Assembly (NCBI GenBank): GCA_029938595.1 | Contig: JAOZUP010000002.1 | Location: forward strand, 1 to 35,116 | DNA length: 35,116 bases | Direction: 5' to 3' | From: Thermoanaerobaculales bacterium | Lineage (GTDB): Bacteria; Acidobacteriota; Thermoanaerobaculia; Thermoanaerobaculales; Sulfomarinibacteraceae | Part shown: in pieces, positions 1 through 7,695 of the stretch | Numbering within the stretch: position 1 is the stretch's first letter | Layout of the letters: every line of letters begins with the position of its first letter | Program-made: the position numbers and the translations under genes | The notes under the pieces: generated by a model | What the model saw: the letters and a program-made list of their open reading frames with translations, nothing else | Database searches by the model: none | Told to the model about the DNA's origin: nothing

Positions 1-1052
1 CCTGCCACGTGGGTCCCACGGAAGCCGGTGAAAGGTTTGGAAACTCGCCCGTCATGGGACAAGACCCTGGCGCCATAGAACGTACCGACCGACAGGGCGT
101 GTGGCTCCGGATCGGTCATGCCGATCACGGCCACCTTTGCCTGCTCGGAGCGGATCGCGTCAACCGCCATTTTCAGCGCAACGCTGAAGCCCGAGCACGC
201 GGCAAGCGGTGCAATCGCCGGCCCGGTGATGTGGGCGAGCATCGAGATCTGGGCCGCCGGGATATTGGGGATGTTCCACAACAGGTTGGGATGGACGGCA
301 CTCCATGGTTCGGTGGGGCAGCCGTACTCGGCATTGAGCTTTCGACGAGTCGTCATCTTGCGGCGGATGATGTGGCCCTTGCCGTTCTCGATGTCGCCGG
401 TGATGCCCTCCCCCTCAATCTCGCTGTGCTTGTCGAGGTACTGCCGCAGACCGTCTGAGCGAGCAACCCAGAAGGCGTCCCAACCCTCACTGATCTCATC
501 AAAACTCTCACTCCATGGATCGACACTCGCAGGGTCCTGCGGTGCGCCCAGCTGCTCGCGCAGCTGATCCTTCTGCTCATCCTTGGCGAGGCGGTATTCC
601 CTGAGCTCGCTGTGATGCTCGTCCTGGCACCAAAAACGGTTCCACCTTCTCTGGGCGCGGTGATAGCGCAGTGCGAGCTCGTAATGAAGCGGAAAATCGC
701 CCAAACCGGTGCCTACGTACACATGGGCCTGGCGACCCAGGTCTTTCAGCAACGGCTCGAGGCCGGGGTTCTGGCTGAGTGCCTGGATAAAGGCGCCGAT
801 CGCGTACTTGACCGTGTTGCCCATCTTGGACTGCAGCTGGGAAAACTTCCGCGGTTCGAATCGTGCGTCGACCCACGATTTGTAGACCGCAAAATCGAAC
901 TCCGGCCTTCCGACGAGGAAGTTACTTGGCCCAAACCCGTCAAAAGGCTCGAGCCAGCTTGTTGCGCTTTTGAGGTTGCTCTCGAAGGTCGCGATATCCG
1001 GCGATTTTGGGGCAACGATACCCCACCCAAAGATACCGATGCGTTTATTCAT
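1..1052 (-). CDS. beta-ketoacyl synthase (KS), N-terminal ~350 aa; the 3' end runs off the left edge
   Basis: Absent from the ORF track because it has no stop in the window. Reverse-strand ATG at 1052..1050, with GAGGGA 9 nt upstream. Hand translation reads MNKRIGIFGWGIVAPKSPDIATFESNL ... HITGPAIAPLAACSGFSVALKMAVDAIRSEQAKVAVIGMTDPEP ... KPFTGFRGTHVA. This gives a KS-type N-terminus and the acyl-cysteine motif AACSGF at about residue 286. About 110 extra residues (about aa 125-250) sit before the Cys compared with FabF/FabB-type KS. Confidence 0.8.
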   Translation of the reverse strand, partial: MNKRIGIFGWGIVAPKSPDIATFESNLKSATSWLEPFDGFGPSNFLVGRPEFDFAVYKSWVDARFEPRKFSQLQSKMGNTVKYAIGAFIQALSQNPGLEPLLKDLGRQAHVYVGTGLGDFPLHYELALRYHRAQRRWNRFWCQDEHHSELREYRLAKDEQKDQLREQLGAPQDPASVDPWSESFDEISEGWDAFWVARSDGLRQYLDKHSEIEGEGITGDIENGKGHIIRRKMTTRRKLNAEYGCPTEPWSAVHPNLLWNIPNIPAAQISMLAHITGPAIAPLAACSGFSVALKMAVDAIRSEQAKVAVIGMTDPEPHALSVGTFYGARVLSHDGRVSKPFTGFRGTHVA

Positions 1053-1081
1053 GATGCGGGTTCCCTCATCTTGGGATCAGG

Positions 1082-2512
1082 TCAGGTTTCGAGCTCCAGC
1101 AGCCTGGTGATCACGTCGCGGGCGGTGTAGGACGTCCGACCTTCGGGAATGAAGCGCGCGATCTCCAAAAGGTCGTCGCCGCTGGTGAGCAACGGTTTCT
1201 CGACCGAGCCGTCCTTTAGAACCTGTGGGAGACCGACATTTGATACCAGAGAGTTGCAGATGCACTTTCGTCCGATCGTGGCCGATTCTTCGCCGCCCTT
1301 GGCGATATAGATCTCTACCGGTTCGGAGGCGCACCGGTATCCCAGGCTCCCGTCGTCCTTCATATACGTCTCCCGCAAATACCCGAGATTACAGACCCGG
1401 GTTCGCGAAAGGTAGACGTCCTGCTCGGAAAGCGTGCCTTCCAGTTGCGCCACCTTGAACGGGAACCCGGTCGGCGAGGCAAGAGGATCCGTGAACACCC
1501 GAGCTGTTCCCGCCACCGCCTGTTGCAACAGGGCGCTCCGATACTCCTGTGACATCCCCGACTCATCGCAGAGCGCAAACGCGGTCCCCACCTGAATCCC
1601 GGCGCCGCCCACCGCTAGGACCTCGCGCAGCTTGTCGGCCGACGCACACCCACCGGCCACCCAGAACGGGAGCCCCAACTCGCGGATCTTCCCGAGATCT
1701 ACCGCGTCCCGCTCGCCGTAAATCGGTTCGCCAAGCTCGTTCATCTGCAGCTTGCCGCGAGGCGGCGCGTTGTGACCGCCCGCGGTCGGTCCCTCGATGA
1801 CAAAGCCGTCGACCTTGCCGTTGGACCTCCTCAACATCGTCATCGCCAGAACATTGGAGGCGATGATGGGCAGAAACCTGGGTCGTTCGAGCGGCGGGTG
1901 ATCGCCCTCCATGATGTCCCGTGGATCAAACCGTGTGAACCTCTTGTCGCCTGATTGTGCGCCCACGACGTTCAGAGGGTAGGACGCGGGCTCGTGACGG
2001 CAGAAGCTATCGAGGACGCCGGGGATCATGATTGGGATTCCCGCACCCATGACCACGTATCCGACGCCGGCCAACATGGCGCCGTAGATGGACGGAAGGT
2101 GGGGCATTTGGATCTTTTCCAAATAGTTGATGCCGACCGCCCCGTCGTGTCCTTCGCGAGCCAGAAAGACCTCCACAAAATTGCCCAGGACGCACAGCTC
2201 GTGGAGTTTTTTTGATCCCGCCTGTTTGTGGAAAGGAATGGCTGCGAAGGGTTTGTCGTCGGCCTTGCCGCCCGGAATGTAGTACTTCTCCACGGCCCGT
2301 CTGGCCATGTCGCGGAATGGAAAATTCTCCAACGCCCGGCGAATATGTCCACCAATGTCGCCTTCCTGGAGGCGTCTGACCATGAGCACCTCGAGAGCGA
2401 CGCCCGACACGACCCCGAGCTGTCCCAGCTTCGAGACCGTTCGCGCCAGGTGCCAGTTCGAGATCGCCACGCCCATCCCGCCCTGAATGATCTTTGGGTA
2501 TGCGCCCGCCAT
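1082..2512 (-). CDS. nitronate monooxygenase (NMO) family flavoprotein, FabK/PfaD-like putative enoyl reductase, 476 aa
   Basis: The N-terminus is YPKIIQGGMGVAISNWHLARTVSKLGQLGVVSG, followed by GAGIPIM and VIEGPTAGGHN blocks typical of FMN-binding NMO/2-nitropropane dioxygenase TIM barrels. The stop lies 29 nt upstream of the KS start on the same strand. Confidence 0.85.
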   Translation of the reverse strand: MAGAYPKIIQGGMGVAISNWHLARTVSKLGQLGVVSGVALEVLMVRRLQEGDIGGHIRRALENFPFRDMARRAVEKYYIPGGKADDKPFAAIPFHKQAGSKKLHELCVLGNFVEVFLAREGHDGAVGINYLEKIQMPHLPSIYGAMLAGVGYVVMGAGIPIMIPGVLDSFCRHEPASYPLNVVGAQSGDKRFTRFDPRDIMEGDHPPLERPRFLPIIASNVLAMTMLRRSNGKVDGFVIEGPTAGGHNAPPRGKLQMNELGEPIYGERDAVDLGKIRELGLPFWVAGGCASADKLREVLAVGGAGIQVGTAFALCDESGMSQEYRSALLQQAVAGTARVFTDPLASPTGFPFKVAQLEGTLSEQDVYLSRTRVCNLGYLRETYMKDDGSLGYRCASEPVEIYIAKGGEESATIGRKCICNSLVSNVGLPQVLKDGSVEKPLLTSGDDLLEIARFIPEGRTSYTARDVITRLLELET

Positions 2513-2597
2513 AGACCGTGCAGGGTACCAGCCGCTGGCGTCTCCCGATAGTCAGCCTGCGGCAACGATCCATCGCTGGTGCCGTGAGACGAATGGG

Positions 2598-3080
2598 TCA
2601 GCTGGTGATCAGCTCCATGCCGCAGGTGCAGTCGCCCGGCTCGGTGGAGATGAAGTTGCAGGTGCACGAGCCGCCGCAGTTACAGAAGTACAGCCCGCTG
2701 CCCTCGAGGCTGACCCGCTTGAGGTCGGCGCCGCACGCGCATTTGGTGTTGTCCTCGGCGTCGATCTCGCATGTGCAGTCGCCCGAGCAGGTGCACAGCA
2801 GCGCGTCGTGACCTTCCACCTTGACCACGTGGGTCGCCACCAGCTCGGTGCCACACGTGCAGGTGCCGGCCTCGGTGCTGACGGTGCCGCAGGCGCAATC
2901 GGGCCCGCAGTTGCAGGCATAGACCACATCGTGCCGGACCGCGACGTCGGCGTCCTCCACCGCGACCTCTGCCACCGCCGTCTCGGTCTCGACCTCGACC
3001 ACCGGCTCGGATTTGCCACAACCGATCACCGCAACCATCACGCAGCACGCGATCAACATCATGAGACCTGACTTTTTCAT
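2598..3080 (-). CDS. cysteine-rich (CxC repeat) lipoprotein, putative metal-binding, 160 aa
   Basis: The track ORF 2598..3188 is trimmed to the ATG at 3080, which is preceded by AAAGGAGGGG. The N-terminus MKKSGLMMLIACCVMVAVIGC carries a lipobox-like VIGC. The mature part contains three ~45-aa repeats, each CxCxxxCxC-(9-10)-CxCGxEL (YACNCGPDCACGTVSTEAGTCTCGTELV / LCTCSGDCTCEIDAEDNTKCACGADLK / YFCNCGGSCTCNFISTEPGDCTCGMELI). That gives 18 Cys plus the lipobox Cys. Confidence 0.75.
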   Translation of the reverse strand: MKKSGLMMLIACCVMVAVIGCGKSEPVVEVETETAVAEVAVEDADVAVRHDVVYACNCGPDCACGTVSTEAGTCTCGTELVATHVVKVEGHDALLCTCSGDCTCEIDAEDNTKCACGADLKRVSLEGSGLYFCNCGGSCTCNFISTEPGDCTCGMELITS

Positions 3081-3217
3081 TGCCCCTCCTTTTAGCTCCG
3101 CCGTTTCATCCGAGAACCACCCGGCACACAGCGGTAGCGGAACGCTGCCCATCCTACAACGATTCTCGGTCGTCGGAGCAAAGGCCACATCTCACGACTA
3201 CTCCCGGGCCTTGCTAC

Positions 3218-3245
3218 GAAACCCGGTGAGATAAGCGGGTTAAAC
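3218..3245 (+). repeat. copy a of the conserved intergenic block GAAACCCGGTGAGA-N4-GCGGGT
   Basis: The sequence is gaaacccggtgagataagcgggttaaac. It lies in the divergent region between the Cys-rich lipoprotein gene and the MBL gene, about 100 nt upstream of the MBL start. AACCCG/CGGGTT can form a 6-bp stem. Confidence 0.6.
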
Positions 3246-3339
3246 CTCGACCGCTCCCGTCCGTATTGCATCGATGACGGCCGGAAACACCAGAGTGAAC
3301 GCCTGGATACAATTTGGCGTCGCGAAAAGGAGTTCAATC

Positions 3340-4584
3340 GTGAAACATCGATCTCTTCCCGTCTTTCTCGTGTTGACTTCGGTTATTTCGGTATGGGCCA
3401 CCGCCCAGGACATCGACCAGCCGCCGCCGGTGGAGGTGAGCCACATCACCGGCAGCCTCCATCAGCTGCGATGCAACGGCAACGTTGGCGTCGTGGCATC
3501 AGTCGGCGAGGACGGCACCCTCCTGGTAGACACAGGCTACGCCGCAACCGCTTCGGCGGTGCAGGGGGAGTTGGCCAAGCTCGGAAGCGGTCCGGTCCGG
3601 ATCATCCTCAACACCCACGGCGATGGGGATCACGTTGGCGGCAACGCGGCCCTGGGAGACGGGGCGGTCATCATCGCCCACCCCGGAGTTCACCGCCAGA
3701 TGGGAAAGTACTTCGCTCTTCCCACCGTTAAATCCGCCGGACTGCCGATGGTGACGCTACAAGAAGATGCGACGATCTACTTCAACAATGACGTCATCCG
3801 CCTCCTCCAGGTGCCCGGTGGCCACACCGCTGGTGACGTCGTTGTGCACTTTACCAAGAGCAAGGTCGCCTGCATCGGTGATCTGGTTCTGGTCGGGACA
3901 TTTCCAAATGCTGATCCTGCACGCGGCGGCGACGCCCAGCGCTTGATCGAGGTTCTGACCAGACTCCAGAAAATTCTGCCCGCCGATACGACTCTGTTAG
4001 CTGCTCACGGGGGCGCCTTCACCATGGCCGAGCTCGAGGCATACATCGACATGATCAAGAGCACGGTGGCGGCAGTGGCCACCGAGGTGGCGGCTGGACG
4101 CTCGCTCGCAGAGATTGTCGAGCAGAACCCGCTGGCCCCGTGGAGCAAGTGGGAGAGCCCCGAGAACGGCCTCAGCTTCGAAAACTGGACCACGGAAATA
4201 TACGCCAGTTTGAACGGCGTCGGCCCGCAGTCGATCTGTGCACCGATGACCGAAGTGCTCATGCAGGACGGGGTCGAGGCCGCAGTAGCGCGCTACCGGC
4301 AACTTAAGAAAGAGGAGCCCGAGGGGTGGAGATTCGCCGAGAATGAGCTGAATCTATTCGGTTACCAGCTGCTGGCCCGAGACAGAACCGACGAGGCGAT
4401 CGTCATCCTCGAGCTCAACACGGAGGCCTTCCCGGAAGCGTTCAACACCTACGACAGCCTAGCGGAGGCCTACATGCTCGCGGGTCGAACCCAAGCGTCG
4501 ATCGCCAACTACCAACGCTCACTGGAACTCAACCCGGACAACACCAACGCCGTCGCCATGCTGGCTCGCATTCGGGAGGAGTGA
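3340..4584 (+). CDS. secreted MBL-fold metallo-hydrolase with C-terminal TPR repeats, 414 aa
   Basis: GTG at 3340 is preceded by AAAGGAG at 7 nt; the track ORF starts further upstream at 3274. Signal-like N-terminus VKHRSLPVFLVLTSVISVWATAQ. The MBL motif region is VRIILNTHGDGDHVGGN, later HTAGD. The C-terminus (AEAYMLAGRTQASIANYQRSLELNPDN) is TPR-like. Confidence 0.85.
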   Translation: MKHRSLPVFLVLTSVISVWATAQDIDQPPPVEVSHITGSLHQLRCNGNVGVVASVGEDGTLLVDTGYAATASAVQGELAKLGSGPVRIILNTHGDGDHVGGNAALGDGAVIIAHPGVHRQMGKYFALPTVKSAGLPMVTLQEDATIYFNNDVIRLLQVPGGHTAGDVVVHFTKSKVACIGDLVLVGTFPNADPARGGDAQRLIEVLTRLQKILPADTTLLAAHGGAFTMAELEAYIDMIKSTVAAVATEVAAGRSLAEIVEQNPLAPWSKWESPENGLSFENWTTEIYASLNGVGPQSICAPMTEVLMQDGVEAAVARYRQLKKEEPEGWRFAENELNLFGYQLLARDRTDEAIVILELNTEAFPEAFNTYDSLAEAYMLAGRTQASIANYQRSLELNPDNTNAVAMLARIREE

Positions 4585-4736
4585 ACAAACAGTCGTCTCC
4601 GTGCCGGACTCCGAACCTGGCAGCCCAAACGTGAAGGCGCCACCCATGAGCATCGGCAACGATGCGCATTCACAGCCGTTTGCCGAGTCGATAGCGGCTG
4701 GTGTAGCGTTGGGGGACCGCAGCACATCCATCGGCG

Positions 4737-6959
4737 ATGTGGAGGGACATGACGACCGACGCATCGGCGCAGCAAACGGCCCAACGATTCGGGACCTTGC
4801 TCGGGGTCTTCACCCCGAGCGTGCTGACGATCCTCGGTCTCATCATGTACCTCCGTTTCGGGTGGGTGGTCGGCAATCTCGGCCTCCCGGTGACGTTACT
4901 GGTGGTGTTGCTCGCAAGCTCAATCACTTTCATCACCGCGTTGTCGGCGTCGGCGGTGGCCACCAACATGACGGTCGGGGTCGGCGGCGAGTACTACATG
5001 ATCTCGCGCAGCCTCGGGCTCGAGCTCGGCGGCGCCATCGGCATACCTCTCTTTCTCTGCCGGACACTGAGCATCACTTTCTACAGCTTCGGTCTGGTGG
5101 AAGCGATCCTCGCCGTGTGGCCCGCCCGGTGGGGCGAGATCCCGACCGCGGTACCGCAGATCTTAGCCGCGGCGATTATCATCACCATCACCCTCGTCTC
5201 CGGCAGGAGCGCAGAGCTCGCCCTCAAGTTGCAGATCCCGATCATGGTGGCGGTCGGGGTCTCGTTGGTGGCGTTGGCGATCGGCGCCCTGGCGGACGGG
5301 ACCCGGACCCCGGAGTTCGGCATGACGCTGCGCACCGCACCGAAGGGCTTCTGGTATGTCTTTGCCGTCTTCTTCCCGGCGGTGACCGGCTTCACCGCCG
5401 GCATCGGCATGAGCGGCGATCTCAAGGATCCCCGCCACTCGATCCCGCGCGGCACCCTGGCGGCGGTGGCCGTCGGTACCGCGGTCTATCTGCTGGTACC
5501 GGTCTTGATGGCCGTCACTACCCGAGTCTCGCCCGAGGAGTTGGCGGTGCCGGGAGTAGTGTGGACAAGCATCGCGATCTTTGGATCGTGGCTGGTATTC
5601 CCGGGTCTGTGGGGCGCGATTTTGTCGTCGGCCTTTGGCAGCGTTCTCGGAGGCCCGCGGGTGCTGCAGGCGCTGGCTGCCGACGGGCTAGCACCGTCGT
5701 TCCTCGCCCGGCTGTCACCCAGCGGCCAACCGACCATCGCGACCTGGGTGTCGGGCGCCATCGCGCTGGCCGCGGTCGCCCTCGGCGGACTCAACGCGGT
5801 GGCGCAGTTTGTCACCATCCTCTTTCTCACGCTGTATGTGACGATCAACCTCGCGTCGGCTCTCGAGAGCCTGGTCGGCGATCCTTCCTACCGGCCAACC
5901 ATTCGGGTGCCCTGGTACGTGTCGCTGGTCGGTTCGATCGGGGCGATCGTGGTGATGTTTCTGATCAGCCCATGGGCGTGCCTGGCGGCCGTCGTGCTCG
6001 AAAGCGCGCTCTACGTCCAACTCCGGCGGCGGGCGATGCGCAAGCGATGGGGCGATGTCCGCGCCGGCATGTGGGTGGCGCTCGCGCGCTGGGCGCTCCT
6101 CAAGCTCCGCCACCACGAGCTCGACCCGCGGAACTGGCGGCCGCAGATACTGCTCTTCGCGGGCGACCCCGGGAAGAGAGCCGGATTGGTCCGGCTCGCA
6201 TCGTGGTTCAACCAGGATCGCGGGGTGGTGACGGTGTGCCGGCTGGTGGTGGGCGAGCTCGAAAAACTCAAAAAGATCGACGAGATGCGGAAGGAGATGG
6301 ATCACGAACTCGAGGAGGCCGGCGTCATCGCCTTCCCCGAGGTGGATGTGGTGCCGGATTTCGAAGACGGGGTGATCAGCGTGGCCCAGGCCAACGGAAT
6401 TGCGGGGCTCCATTCCAACACCGTGATGTTCGGGTGGTCGAGGCGCAAGGAGCGGCTCGAGTCCCAGCTCCGAATGATGCGCGCGATGTCCTATGCGCGA
6501 AAGAACACCATCATTGCCAGGCTCAACTGGGCCCACGAGCCGGGGAGTGAGAAACGCATCGACATCTGGTGGGGTGGTCTGCAGAACAACGGGGACCTCA
6601 TGTTGTTGTTGGCCTACCTGCTGCGGCTCAACCCCGGGTGGAGGGATTCGAAGATCTGGGTGCGCTCGGTAGCGCGCGACGAGGAAGAACGAAGGTTGCA
6701 GCTCGAAAGTCTTGCCAATCTGCTCCCGGAGACCCGCATCGGCGCTGAATCCGAGGTCATCGTCAAACCCGCAGACCTGAGCATCACCGAGGTCCTGCAC
6801 CAGACCAGCGCCGACGCCGATGTCGTCTTCTTGGGGCTTCAAGAGCCCGAACCAGGTGAGGAGGCGGCCTACGCCGACCGCATCATCGAGCTCGCCACTG
6901 GGCTCAACACCTGCATCTTCGTGCGTTCGGCCAGCGAGTTCGCGGGGCGCCTGGTCTAA
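4737..6959 (+). CDS. cation-chloride cotransporter-like (SLC12/CCC branch of the APC superfamily) membrane transporter with a cytoplasmic C-terminal domain, 740 aa
   Basis: RFGTLLGVFTPSVLTILGLIMYLRFGWVVGNLGL is the characteristic CCC TM1 region. About 12 hydrophobic segments follow, then a ~280-aa soluble C-terminal domain (NWRPQILLF...). An alternative start is the ATG at 4749 (GGAGG 3 nt upstream). Confidence 0.85.
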   Translation: MWRDMTTDASAQQTAQRFGTLLGVFTPSVLTILGLIMYLRFGWVVGNLGLPVTLLVVLLASSITFITALSASAVATNMTVGVGGEYYMISRSLGLELGGAIGIPLFLCRTLSITFYSFGLVEAILAVWPARWGEIPTAVPQILAAAIIITITLVSGRSAELALKLQIPIMVAVGVSLVALAIGALADGTRTPEFGMTLRTAPKGFWYVFAVFFPAVTGFTAGIGMSGDLKDPRHSIPRGTLAAVAVGTAVYLLVPVLMAVTTRVSPEELAVPGVVWTSIAIFGSWLVFPGLWGAILSSAFGSVLGGPRVLQALAADGLAPSFLARLSPSGQPTIATWVSGAIALAAVALGGLNAVAQFVTILFLTLYVTINLASALESLVGDPSYRPTIRVPWYVSLVGSIGAIVVMFLISPWACLAAVVLESALYVQLRRRAMRKRWGDVRAGMWVALARWALLKLRHHELDPRNWRPQILLFAGDPGKRAGLVRLASWFNQDRGVVTVCRLVVGELEKLKKIDEMRKEMDHELEEAGVIAFPEVDVVPDFEDGVISVAQANGIAGLHSNTVMFGWSRRKERLESQLRMMRAMSYARKNTIIARLNWAHEPGSEKRIDIWWGGLQNNGDLMLLLAYLLRLNPGWRDSKIWVRSVARDEEERRLQLESLANLLPETRIGAESEVIVKPADLSITEVLHQTSADADVVFLGLQEPEPGEEAAYADRIIELATGLNTCIFVRSASEFAGRLV

Positions 6960-7052
6960 GATCAGCGCGAGTCGTCCGGTGTGCAGTTCCAAAGTTGCTC
7001 GTATGACGTCAGACGTAAGATTCTATGGCAATCGATCTGAGGAGACGCATCA

Positions 7053-7607
7053 ATGGCTGACCATGTTTGTCCTCCCTGGGTGGGCTACCTCCTGCTCAAT
7101 CCGCTACGGAAGCTGACGGAGAGTCCGCGCAAGCTCTTCAGTCCGTTTGTGCGCGAGGACATGGTCGTGCTGGAGCCGGGATGCGCCATGGGGTTTTTCA
7201 CCTTGCCCCTGGCGCGGATGGTCGGCCCCACGGGCAAGGTCGTGGCTCTGGACACCCAGCCGAAAATGCTCTCGGTCCTCGAGCGCAGGGCCCGGAGGGC
7301 GGGCATTCGCGACCTGTTGGACATCCGTGAGGTTGGGACCAAGGGGTTGGGCATCGACGATCTCTCGGGGCGGGTAGACTTCTGCGCCGTTATCCACGTG
7401 GCTCATGAAGTGTCGGACCAGACAGCCTTCTTCGCCGACCTCGCGCGGGCGCAGAAACCGGGTGGCCGGCTCCTGATTATCGAGCCCAAGGGGCACGTGT
7501 CCACGAGCGACTTCGCTCGAACACTCGCCTGCGCGGAGGAAGCGGGGTTTCGACCGGAGACATCTCCGGTCATTAACGGTGACAGGAGGGCCCTGCTCGT
7601 GAGGTAG
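7053..7607 (+). CDS. class I SAM-dependent methyltransferase, 184 aa
   Basis: GAGGAG lies 8 nt upstream of the ATG. VLEPGCAMGFFTLPLA is the glycine-rich SAM motif I (E/DxGxGxG-like), and GGRLLIIEP is the post-II/III motif. There is no signal peptide. Confidence 0.8.
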   Translation: MADHVCPPWVGYLLLNPLRKLTESPRKLFSPFVREDMVVLEPGCAMGFFTLPLARMVGPTGKVVALDTQPKMLSVLERRARRAGIRDLLDIREVGTKGLGIDDLSGRVDFCAVIHVAHEVSDQTAFFADLARAQKPGGRLLIIEPKGHVSTSDFARTLACAEEAGFRPETSPVINGDRRALLVR

Positions 7608-7666
7608 GCGCCCAGGCCCGTCATACCTTTGCCGCCGTCAAAACATCAAGCCCGAGCACTATGGAT

Positions 7667-7686
7667 GCTGGGGCGCGAACCCCAGC
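7667..7686. terminator. GC-rich hairpin between convergent gene ends (possible bidirectional terminator)
   Basis: GCTGGGG-cgcgaa-CCCCAGC forms a 7-bp stem. It lies between the methyltransferase stop (7607) and the stop of the 1922-aa gene (7696). There is no clear U-tract. Confidence 0.3.
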
Positions 7687-7695
7687 GACAGGAAA

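Noticed and set aside
9-1130. Plus-strand ORFs 9..458, 118..567 and 612..1130
   Set aside because: They are antisense to the hand-reconstructed ketosynthase frame, which has a start, an SD and the AACSGF active-site motif. They show no motifs of their own.
3081-3188. N-terminal extensions given by the ORF track (3188 for the lipoprotein, 3274 for the MBL gene, 17897 for the VWA gene, 24878 for the TPR gene, 31841 for the aldolase gene)
   Set aside because: The track takes the longest ORF with alternative starts. Internal starts with good SD spacing place a signal peptide at the very N-terminus, which is more plausible. The choices remain provisional.
4601-6550. 649-aa plus-strand ORF overlapping the CCC transporter gene in another frame; also the 425-aa minus-strand ORF at 5715..6992
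   Set aside because: The products are low-complexity and R/G/P-rich (RRRHRH, GGRG runs). The overlapping frame at 4737..6959 encodes a coherent 12-TM transporter.
7003-7010. TGACGTCA palindrome upstream of the methyltransferase gene
   Set aside because: A single 8-bp palindrome is expected by chance in 35 kb, and nothing supports it as a regulatory site.
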